This document shows positions 17,783-25,896 of a DNA stretch of 32,000 bases, one piece after another. The notes below the pieces were generated by a model that ran no database searches, was not told the origin of the DNA, and was given only the letters and a program-made list of their open reading frames with translations. The translations under genes and the position numbers were made by a program. The DNA is from Pyrodictium abyssi (GTDB taxonomy: Archaea > Thermoproteota > Thermoprotei_A > Sulfolobales > Pyrodictiaceae), in NCBI RefSeq assembly GCF_036323395.1, contig NZ_AP028907.1, positions 210,001 through 242,000 of the forward strand. Reading direction: 5' to 3'. Each line of letters starts with the position of its first letter. The stretch's first letter is position 1.

Positions 17783-19351
17783 CTATATGAGCTGGAGCGA
17801 GTAGGCGAGCAGATAGACGCCAGCCGCGACGAGTATTAGGCCGCCGACCCGGCTGAGGAGGGTGTAACGCCCCATTATCCTGTTTACTATGCTACCGCCT
17901 AGCCTGCCTGCAGCATAGACCGCTGCTGCCAGGGGGATACTGACGCCAGCCGCGAAGCTAGCAGCCACTAGTAGGCCGGAGGACGTGCTCCCGATGCCCG
18001 CTGCTAGGAGGAGAGCCCCGGCTACCAGTGGCAGGTTGCACTGGACAGCCAGGAAGCCGTAAACGGCGCAGAAGCCCGTCAAGCCACCGCGCCGCGCGCT
18101 GACGATGCCCTCTAGCTCTACTGGGACGCCGAGTATACTCGCTACGCCCGCAGCTATGACGGCTGCAGCTACTACGGGCAGGAGTATGCTCTGGATAGAC
18201 GCTGCCAGGCTAGAGGCAGAGACGAAGAGCACGCCGATCGCTATTACCCCCGCGAAGGCTGCCACACCGCACGCAATACACCTTGACGCCGTCAGAGCCC
18301 TGCCCGAGGCTCCTACCACGCTGACATAGGTCACCAGCAGCGGGAGCACACACGGAGAAAACGCGGCCACTATGCCGGCCGCTAGCGCCGCTAGAGCGCC
18401 GACGATGCTGGCACTGGTGGCTGCTACGGAAGCCTCGGCTGGGGCCTCCTGCCGCTGGACGGCTGTTACAGCTGTAGCGTTTATCTTAGGCTTGGGCTGG
18501 ATTATCGCTGGAGGCTCCTTGCCCTCGAGTACTGCCGACGCGTAGTCGAGGAGGTATGAAATCCTGTCAATCTCGTAGGACGTGAGGTCAGGGATATACT
18601 TCCGCATTGTCTTTACCGCGTCCGAGATAGCGCCATAGCTCCCGTATAGCTCGCGTAGCGTCATGTTTTTCTCCAGGGCCTCAGCCAGCCTCTTTGAGAG
18701 GAGGTCTGGCTCGCCTCTACGTGAGTCTAGCCAGGCCTTTAGCGACTCACGGTCAAGCCCAGCTATTCTACCGTGGCATGAGGAGCACCTATTGTTGAAT
18801 ATGCGTAGGCCTTCCTCGGCTAGCTTCTGCGGGTCTGAGACCACGCTGAGGCCTGCAGAGAAGAGCGCCCAGTTGAGCATAGTATCAGTTATGTTGTCGC
18901 CTCCAAATGCGCCTACGTGGCGGGCTACAGGCTGACCCCCCACGAACACGATGAACGTCGGGGTATCGATCACCCGGTACCGCCTAAACGCCTCCTCAGT
19001 AGCCGGGCTGAAGACTATGTGGTAGAACTGTACCGGGAGTATATTGCTCCGGCGCTCGAGCACAGCCCAGTATGGGTGCATCTGTTTACACGTGGGACAT
19101 GTAGGAGACTCGAACATCACTGCTACCGGCTTCGCCGAGGAGCCTATTATCTTCTCGAGCATACTGGAGCTGGATATAGCATACTCGTCCACGCTCATAT
19201 AGTAGTTTGCTATCCCCTGCTCCTGGCTGAGAAGTAGCGCTGCAACCAGAGCACCAGCAGCCACCAGGGCTACAAGTAGTAGGCCTGCCTTCTTCTCCTT
19301 CTGGAACCCGCGGAGATCCAGGCGCATCCTACGAGAGCCCTGCATATCCAC
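17783..19351 (-). CDS. Three-domain fusion: thioredoxin-like, c-type cytochrome, CcdA/DsbD-type transmembrane domain
   Basis: 522 aa. Signal anchor; Trx-like 'ESPTCPTCKQMHPYW' (CPTC at 19088-19099) with 'VIDTPTFIVF' cis-Pro loop; heme motif 'NNRCSSCHGR' (18773-18787); then 6-TM CcdA-like region with 'AFSPCVLPLL' and 'FLAVQCNLPLVAG'. Confidence 0.85.
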   Translation of the reverse strand: MDMQGSRRMRLDLRGFQKEKKAGLLLVALVAAGALVAALLLSQEQGIANYYMSVDEYAISSSSMLEKIIGSSAKPVAVMFESPTCPTCKQMHPYWAVLERRSNILPVQFYHIVFSPATEEAFRRYRVIDTPTFIVFVGGQPVARHVGAFGGDNITDTMLNWALFSAGLSVVSDPQKLAEEGLRIFNNRCSSCHGRIAGLDRESLKAWLDSRRGEPDLLSKRLAEALEKNMTLRELYGSYGAISDAVKTMRKYIPDLTSYEIDRISYLLDYASAVLEGKEPPAIIQPKPKINATAVTAVQRQEAPAEASVAATSASIVGALAALAAGIVAAFSPCVLPLLVTYVSVVGASGRALTASRCIACGVAAFAGVIAIGVLFVSASSLAASIQSILLPVVAAAVIAAGVASILGVPVELEGIVSARRGGLTGFCAVYGFLAVQCNLPLVAGALLLAAGIGSTSSGLLVAASFAAGVSIPLAAAVYAAGRLGGSIVNRIMGRYTLLSRVGGLILVAAGVYLLAYSLQLI

Positions 19352-19496
19352 ACACCAGCTAGCTCCATGTAGACTGCTCTTATCCCTTCGCCGTACTTGT
19401 GTTAAAGACGCACCTCGTAATCCCCTATAATTGTTTTATCTAGAAACATTGCGCCAATATTAACGATACATGGCTCTAAGAACGATTTGTCCACGG

Positions 19497-20168
19497 CTAG
19501 ATCGCCTCGAGTACGTAGCGCGAAAGCCACACTGTCATCCCCGTGAACGTAAGCGCTGCAAGTGCAAGCCAAACCACCTCCGTAGCGTTGACAGCGCCGC
19601 CCGCGAGGGCTGCAACTATGCTAGGTACAGCCGACTGCACGTAGGGCAGAACTAAGACTAGCACCATAACCGGCATTAACACTGCACGGGCTTCGCTGAA
19701 CACTAGTATAGCGGAGGTAAAACTGGAGACAGCGGCAAGATACATACTCGAAACAAGCGCCAGCAGAAACACAGTAGGGCTAACCACGCTCTCCATCTGG
19801 GCGAAGAACCCCATAGCTAGGAGAAACACGAGCGTCTGCACAGAGACCACTATGAAACTATACACGAACTTAGCCAGAAAAACTGTCTCTGCGCCTACCG
19901 GCGCAAGGCGGAGGCCATCAAGCGTGCCTCGGTCGGCCTCACGGACAAAGCTAGACAGGCTCCCAAAGACTGCAAGGAACACAAGTACTAGTACGAAGGC
20001 TACGCTGGCTGCCGCCGTATTTACGCCCGCTGCCCCCCTCATCACATACGCGGAGAGAACACCGGCAGCCAGCGAAAATACAAGCATGGAGCCAGCTTCT
20101 ACGCGGCGACGGAGATCGAGCAGTATATCCCTACGCACAATAGCCGCGACAGCACCTACTACGCTCAC
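19497..20168 (-). CDS. ccmB: CcmB-like heme exporter permease
   Basis: 223 aa, about 6 TMs; 'RRDILLDLRRR', 'FLAVFGSLSSFVREADRGTLDGLRLAPV' resembling the CcmB signature. Confidence 0.82.
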   Translation of the reverse strand: MSVVGAVAAIVRRDILLDLRRRVEAGSMLVFSLAAGVLSAYVMRGAAGVNTAAASVAFVLVLVFLAVFGSLSSFVREADRGTLDGLRLAPVGAETVFLAKFVYSFIVVSVQTLVFLLAMGFFAQMESVVSPTVFLLALVSSMYLAAVSSFTSAILVFSEARAVLMPVMVLVLVLPYVQSAVPSIVAALAGGAVNATEVVWLALAALTFTGMTVWLSRYVLEAI

Positions 20169-20244
20169 ACCCTCCCCCAGGGTTCACGCGTCCACATCCC
20201 TAAACTCATTAATAGCTACGCCTATGAAGACTGGCTGCAGACGC

Positions 20245-21120
20245 TTATGCTAGTACCGCTTCCTCTATCTCGGGCTTCGTCTTGACACGCTCTACGCGCT
20301 GCCTGGAACCAAGCCGCCCCTCTACGACATCGGTCTGCCGGCTTCCGTAGAGGGCTCTCCCGACTATGTAGTGCGGCAGCTCGTGCCGCACGAAGGCGTC
20401 TACAATCTTGGCCTCGGCTCTTCGGAGGAGCTCTGCCAGAGTCGATACCGAGAGCCCGAGCTTTGCAGCAAGCCCCTTCAGGCTAATCCTCCGCGGGAAG
20501 CTATAGTAGCCCATAAGGTAGGCGTATATTATGGCCAACTCCTGCTTCTCTGTCAGCATGTAGTCGTACTCATCTATACCATGGCTGTGGACTGGCTTAC
20601 AGCCCCAACGCTGCAGCTCATCATAAGCGCTCCCACGTGCAACAATGAACTCGTAGAGAGCACCCATAGGGGTTATAACTACTGATTTTACCATTGAGCC
20701 TAGAGGCGTTGAAAGGAGTGGGCATTTTCCACACGAGGCGTCCGATAGACACTTGCCACACTTATTCTTCGATATGAGTATCCGCAGAACACGGTTGAAC
20801 TTATTCGAGTAGACTTGCTGAAAGTATACTTCTTTGGCAAGACGTAGTTGGCGCTCAAAGCTTGCAATAAGCTCCTTGTCGCCGCTTACTCGGGCCCATA
20901 TCTCGGTATACTCTTCATCATAAAGGTTTACACGTAGTATACGGAGAGCTAGTCTCGTAGCCCCATCCCCACCTATAATACCGTCCACATGCGTATTGGG
21001 GCCACTCTGCTCTTGTAGCCCGGCCGAAGCATAGGCAGCCCGTACTACCTCGTATAGCGGGCAATTCATCTCGCGTAGGCAGTATAGCACGAATGGCGGC
21101 TTGTACGACAAGCTATACAC
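20245..21120 (-). CDS. HTH_10 (bacterioopsin-activator/Bat-like) transcriptional regulator with four-Cys cluster
   Basis: 291 aa; C-terminal 'LTEKQELAIIYAYLMGYYSFPRRISLKGLAAKLGLSVSTLAELLRRAEAKIV' matches the HTH_10 pattern; mid-protein 'CGKCLSDASCGKC' (20722-20760). Confidence 0.82.
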   Translation of the reverse strand: MYSLSYKPPFVLYCLREMNCPLYEVVRAAYASAGLQEQSGPNTHVDGIIGGDGATRLALRILRVNLYDEEYTEIWARVSGDKELIASFERQLRLAKEVYFQQVYSNKFNRVLRILISKNKCGKCLSDASCGKCPLLSTPLGSMVKSVVITPMGALYEFIVARGSAYDELQRWGCKPVHSHGIDEYDYMLTEKQELAIIYAYLMGYYSFPRRISLKGLAAKLGLSVSTLAELLRRAEAKIVDAFVRHELPHYIVGRALYGSRQTDVVEGRLGSRQRVERVKTKPEIEEAVLA

Positions 21121-21179
21121 CCCAAGGAGTGGCGGGCACCTCCAAGCGACCCGCTACGCTCATATCTATGAGGCACCGA

Positions 21180-21285
21180 ATTCACGTTATAAATTCTGCC
21201 CCCATGAATAAGTACAAAATACAGATATCTAAAGTATTTCAATCTTTATACATTTAATATTATAAATAAGGATTAATGCATAGCG
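21180..21285 (-). promoter_or_regulatory. AT-rich regulatory region upstream of HTH_10 regulator gene; candidate TATA box
   Basis: Minus-strand 'CAGAATTTATAACGTG' (about 21186-21201) lies about 65-80 nt upstream of the regulator start. Neighbouring near-palindrome ATTTAATATTATAAAT at 21252-21267 in otherwise GC-rich DNA. Confidence 0.4.
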
Positions 21286-22848
21286 CTACTCTCCTCCGCC
21301 CCTCCTACTACACAGGCCTCTAAATGCAAGATAAGCGAGCACACAGGCACTGAGGCTCAGGGTAGACGCATACACCATACCGAGACCGCCAAAGTCAGAT
21401 GAACATGGTGTACACGTAGCATTAGCGCTCGTGATATTAGTACTACCTGCAAAGTCGTAGTTCATAGCTACGCCACGAGCCGAAGACGCCGCCACGTACA
21501 CAGTATCCTGGGGTTCTCCGACGATCTGGGAACAGCCTACTTGCCCATCATTACCCTGGGCGTCTGCAGCGTTCTGAAGGCCGTGCCCAATACGCTTTTC
21601 AACTAATTTGCCGGTAATATCTTCTAGATGAAATACGCTTGTATCGATAAACGGCCAATTTGATGAGCCTCTACTAGCTGCCTCAAACACCTTACCCATA
21701 GCTGTTTCAAGACGCTCTCTGCACTGCAGTGGCGCTCCGGAAGACATCATCATCGCTATGTCTAGCAGGCTCACCGGCCTCCTCCGCCTGCTCGTCAATG
21801 ACTCGTTATAGAGCATGCTTACCACATTCATGTATAGGTCCTCCCTGCACGCTTCCACGCCTGCATACCATAGCGCAGCATTGGCCCTCATCCATATAGC
21901 GTATTGTTCGCCAGCTTCAAGCATTGCGCGTAGGTAGCTAGACGCTATCTCGTACAATTTAGGGCTCATGTCATGGAGAGCCTTTATCGCCAGGAACTCG
22001 GCGGCCGCCTCCTGGAAGCTAAAGTCTCCATAAAGCATACCATGATTAAACCATCCATGCACCGCCTCATGTGCCATCGTGTGGACCAGCCACGAGATGT
22101 CATCTAACTGGCTAGAACCTATCTTCATGTATACAACGCCGCCCATGCTGTGAGCGCTGCCGGGCGGCTGTAGATAATGCTCCTTAGCCCCAACCAAGAC
22201 TATCACAACGGGAGCACGGGGGCTTGGCCCAAGCCACCTGGATAACGCTGTACGCACCGCGACAACGCTCTCAACAGCGTATTCGACAACATCACTTCTT
22301 ATACCACGCGCCGATACCACCGTGATATTGACGCTGTCAAGATCCTCCACCCTATACACGGAAGCATTAGCTACCACTATACCATCAAACACATAGTACT
22401 CGGCAAAGGACGCGGCATCAAGCGTGTATGGTCCACCGAGAGGGCCGTAACCACGCCAGTCTAGGCTGCTTCTAACAATATATCCTTCAGGAGCCTTTAC
22501 AGTCACCCGAATAGAGCTGTTGCCGCCGACTGCGGCTAGAAGCTGTATCTCTGATATTGCAGCATAGCATACTCTATCCAACACATAGTAGAGCGGAGCC
22601 ACGACTATGCTATCGGATATATCACGTGTCTGAACATAGTAGGCATTTGGCCTCAGCACTCCGGAGCATTCTATTGTATTTACGCCCTCTAGCCTTACCT
22701 TCATATCCCATGCCGACTCGTCTATGGGCTTAACAAATACAATAGTGAGATTATAGCCCGGAGTCTGTTCAGACATGGCATGTGCTACATGCAGTGCTAC
22801 TATAGCGGTCATTAGCACCGCTGCCGAAACTAGACGGTATAGGGACAT
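21286..22848 (-). CDS. Secreted/membrane-anchored zinc metalloprotease (M1-like gluzincin)
   Basis: 520 aa; signal peptide, 'HTMAHEAVHGWFNHGMLYGDFSFQEAAAEFLAIKAL' (HEXXH at 22057-22071 plus downstream Glu), C-terminal TM 'GLGMVYASTLSLSACVLAYLAF'. Confidence 0.78.
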   Translation of the reverse strand: MSLYRLVSAAVLMTAIVALHVAHAMSEQTPGYNLTIVFVKPIDESAWDMKVRLEGVNTIECSGVLRPNAYYVQTRDISDSIVVAPLYYVLDRVCYAAISEIQLLAAVGGNSSIRVTVKAPEGYIVRSSLDWRGYGPLGGPYTLDAASFAEYYVFDGIVVANASVYRVEDLDSVNITVVSARGIRSDVVEYAVESVVAVRTALSRWLGPSPRAPVVIVLVGAKEHYLQPPGSAHSMGGVVYMKIGSSQLDDISWLVHTMAHEAVHGWFNHGMLYGDFSFQEAAAEFLAIKALHDMSPKLYEIASSYLRAMLEAGEQYAIWMRANAALWYAGVEACREDLYMNVVSMLYNESLTSRRRRPVSLLDIAMMMSSGAPLQCRERLETAMGKVFEAASRGSSNWPFIDTSVFHLEDITGKLVEKRIGHGLQNAADAQGNDGQVGCSQIVGEPQDTVYVAASSARGVAMNYDFAGSTNITSANATCTPCSSDFGGLGMVYASTLSLSACVLAYLAFRGLCSRRGGGE

Positions 22849-22892
22849 GGGCTTCGCCTCTGTCTTCTATCACTCATCATTCTCTGAGAACT

Positions 22893-22915
22893 AGGAGTAA
22901 TTGTACTTTATGTAG
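22893..22915 (-). promoter_or_regulatory. Candidate archaeal TATA box for metalloprotease gene
   Basis: Minus strand reads 'CAGCTACATAAAGTACAATTACTCC', about 50-65 nt upstream of the ORF start at 22848. Confidence 0.35.
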
Positions 22916-23066
22916 CTGTTAGGAAGGGAGGACAATGGATTATCTAGCCATTAGGGGGTAGACGCCTTCTTTTGCACGGGAAATGATGCAAATGTGGACT
23001 AATTGGATTATAGGGGTAAAAACAGTTGGGCTTGTCCTCTCCTAGGGCCTAAGAGACTATATGTTG

Positions 23067-25640
23067 TTAGCTACGACGGTAGACTATTGATAGGCCTAGG
23101 GCTATTATTGCTGCTGCTAGGGCTATGCCGCCTAGTGTGTAGGCCGTTGTAGATACGCTATCTATCTTGCTGCTTAGCTCGTCGATCTTCTTGCTTATCT
23201 CCTCTACCATGCTTATTGCCTTGCCGGCCTTGGTGCCGGCCTCCTCTGCCTTCGCGCTGGCCTCCTCGGCCTTGGCGCTAGCCGCTTCGGCCTTCTGGCC
23301 TAGTGTCTGTAGCTGGCTGGTTACCTGCTGTATCTGGGATACTAGCTTCTGTATCTCCTTGGCCTGTGGGCTTAGTGTCTCTAGCTGCTTGCTTAGCTCC
23401 TGTAGCTTCTGTACTAGGCTATTCACATCCTCCTTTAGAGCACCTACGTCGCCCTTGAGGGCGCCTACGTCAGCTACGCCAGCCTCTAGGCTCTGTAGCT
23501 GGCTCTTTAATACTGGCACCTGCGCCTCTAGGGCGGCTAGCTGCGCCTTTAGGCTCTCTAGCTCGCGCTGTAGCTGCGCTATCTGTGCTGCTAGCTCTGG
23601 TGTGTACTGGGCGCCTGCACTAGCCTTTAGTGCCTGTATCTGGGACTCTAGCTGCTTTATCTTCAGGGCTGTGTATAGGTAGCTGGTCATTCTGCCTAGC
23701 TTGTCCATTACTGTGTCAACTATACCGAACCAGTGGGCGAAGTCTGGACCCATCATGAAGGCGCCGTTCCTCCAGCGGCGGCCCTCGTGGTGCCATATGT
23801 AGTACCACATTATCTCCATGTACTCGTCTAATATGTTGCTGTTGTCGTGTATACCCTCCTTCCATGCTAGCTGTAGTAGCGCGTTAGCGTACCTGGCTAC
23901 TATGTCGTAGTCTATTATGTTCTGGTCAGCTGTGCGGAAGAAGTTCTCAGTCCACTGGGTGCTGTGGCATAGCTTACATACTGCCTCCATCTCGGCGCGG
24001 TGCTTGGCTAGCTCGCCAGTGTACTCTACCTTCAGCAGCCTCGGGAACTTGGTCTCGCCGACCTTGCCGCCATCCTCTACTATCTTCACGCCAGTGAATA
24101 CTGGGTACTTGTAGTGCTCGGGAGCCTTGTCGTTCTTCTTGGCCTCTATCTGCTCTAGCTTACCCTTTAGCTGGCTCCAGCCGTAGAATAGTGCCTGCTG
24201 CATCTTGTCGGGTATTATGCCCTTAGGTATGCTGAAGAAGTGCATCTGGTCCCATACTAGCCTCTTCACTAGGTCGTGTGTACCCTGCACCAGTATGTTG
24301 CCGTTAGCGTCGGCTATGGCGCTCATGTGACACGTTGCACATGTTGGTGCATTGAAGTCTACGCCTACGCGCCATGGTATCTGCTCCCAGTTCCACTCTT
24401 CACCATAAGCAGTGGCTATGTTGCCGTGCTTGCTCTCCTCGTAGATCTCTATGTGCGGGTGGTCATAGCCTAGGTGGCACTGACCACATGTCCATGGCTC
24501 GCGTGCCTGCTTCACACTGAAGAGGTGCCTCGGGTGGCACGCTGTACATGTACCCATGCTACCGTCGGGGTCTACACGGGCTGCACCGTTGTTTGGCCAG
24601 CCCCATAGCGCTACCCTGTTCACCTGCATGCCGTTGATCTGTACTGTCTCCTTCTTGTAGGGTATTACTACTGAGCCGTGGCACTCGAAGCACGCGTGGT
24701 AGACGTAGCCGTTCCGGAAGGATGGGTGCTCCATTATGTTGCTTACCGCCTTGCTTGTGCCGTCCATAGCGGTTACTGCTATCTTTATACCCATCTTGCC
24801 CACGAGGGTTGTGTTTAGTACACCGCTGGCAGGCCATAGTGGGCTTATGAATGTCTTCCAGTCCTTGTCGTAAGGTGTCACCATGCCGGTAGCCTGCTTG
24901 AGCATCTTTACTATGTCGTTCTCCTGGCCGGTCTCTAGGTACTGCATTACTGCTTTCGCGATCTCCTTGTAGAAGTCCCAGTTGATGTCGTCTACGTCAC
25001 GCTGCTTGGTTAGGTATGGTGGGAAGTACTTCTCGTATAGAGCCTTGGCCTGGGCATCGCCGAATGGGTCTGCACCCTGGCTCTTGGCCCACTTGAGTAT
25101 GCCCAGGTACCATGGCTTGAACGGGGACATTAACGCACCTGTTGCATGCCAGGTCCAGCTTATCTCTGTGCTCTCCTTGGGGTGGCACTGGCTGCAGTCC
25201 TTCCTGGTGACCACGGTTACTATCTTGTAGCCGAAGTGGTTGTCTATAATGTCTGGCCTATCAGCCTCCTTGAACATGCCGTGGCATTCGTAGCAGCCTA
25301 CTACGTACTGGTAGTTCTTAAACTTTTCAGCCACCTTATCTGCCCATTCTGAGGCACCTATAGCCTTATAGAGGTCTGCAAGAGCCGCTGGTGTCATCTC
25401 GGCGTGCTCGCTGTTGGCCCAGTCGTACACGATGCCAGGCGTGTACTGGACATGGCAGCTTAGACATGCCCTGGTTTGCGGGCTGACCTTGTTGCTTTGC
25501 ATTAGCTCCTGGACCTTGGCTGCGAGGTCGTCGCCGAACTGGGCTGCGCCAGCTGGCACTGCCATGCCAGCTACTAGGAGGAGGGATATGGCTAGGATAC
25601 CGGCTACCAGGAAGCGCCTCATGACTAGCATGCCCTCCAC
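23067..25640 (-). CDS. Octaheme hydroxylamine-oxidoreductase-like (HAO-family) cytochrome c with C-terminal coiled-coil stalk and TM anchor
   Basis: 857 aa; signal peptide; eight CXXCH motifs (CLSCH, CYECH, CSQCH, CFECH, CTACH, CGQCH, CATCH, CKLCH); HAO-like 'CGQCHLGYDHPHIEIYEESKHG' and 'PTCATCHMS'; heptad-like C-terminal region ending in TM 'TAYTLGGIALAAAIIALGLSIVYRRS'. Likely real start at 25622 (MRRFLVAG..., GGAGG upstream). Confidence 0.88.
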   Translation of the reverse strand: MEGMLVMRRFLVAGILAISLLLVAGMAVPAGAAQFGDDLAAKVQELMQSNKVSPQTRACLSCHVQYTPGIVYDWANSEHAEMTPAALADLYKAIGASEWADKVAEKFKNYQYVVGCYECHGMFKEADRPDIIDNHFGYKIVTVVTRKDCSQCHPKESTEISWTWHATGALMSPFKPWYLGILKWAKSQGADPFGDAQAKALYEKYFPPYLTKQRDVDDINWDFYKEIAKAVMQYLETGQENDIVKMLKQATGMVTPYDKDWKTFISPLWPASGVLNTTLVGKMGIKIAVTAMDGTSKAVSNIMEHPSFRNGYVYHACFECHGSVVIPYKKETVQINGMQVNRVALWGWPNNGAARVDPDGSMGTCTACHPRHLFSVKQAREPWTCGQCHLGYDHPHIEIYEESKHGNIATAYGEEWNWEQIPWRVGVDFNAPTCATCHMSAIADANGNILVQGTHDLVKRLVWDQMHFFSIPKGIIPDKMQQALFYGWSQLKGKLEQIEAKKNDKAPEHYKYPVFTGVKIVEDGGKVGETKFPRLLKVEYTGELAKHRAEMEAVCKLCHSTQWTENFFRTADQNIIDYDIVARYANALLQLAWKEGIHDNSNILDEYMEIMWYYIWHHEGRRWRNGAFMMGPDFAHWFGIVDTVMDKLGRMTSYLYTALKIKQLESQIQALKASAGAQYTPELAAQIAQLQRELESLKAQLAALEAQVPVLKSQLQSLEAGVADVGALKGDVGALKEDVNSLVQKLQELSKQLETLSPQAKEIQKLVSQIQQVTSQLQTLGQKAEAASAKAEEASAKAEEAGTKAGKAISMVEEISKKIDELSSKIDSVSTTAYTLGGIALAAAIIALGLSIVYRRS

Positions 25641-25896
25641 GCACCCTTATCTTAGCCGTGATAGTCAATATTCGTAGTGCGCAACTAGTTATGTTTGCAA
25701 CCCTAATTTTTCGGCGCTCCACGACACAATTAACTATAGTTTCAATAACTACTGTAATAATACTAAGCGATGCATCCGTTGAACAGCGTCTATATCATGC
25801 TATCCGGCCGCACCGCGTCCTCAACCGTGTTGCCGTGCGTATGCGCCTATATCCCAGCATCAGTGGAGCCTGGGGTTGCCCGGGGTGCCGGGAGGC

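Noticed and set aside
23150-23680. Possible tandem repeat array or CRISPR-like structure in the stalk region
   Set aside because: The repeats are coding heptads of uneven length with no constant repeat/spacer organisation.
23167-24837. ORFs of 171, 65, 65 and 92 aa overlapping the octaheme cytochrome gene
   Set aside because: The minus-strand frame encodes eight CXXCH motifs and a stalk; the overlapping frames are shadows. The Ser/Leu/Ala richness of the 171-aa ORF is the reverse of the KAEEA repeats.
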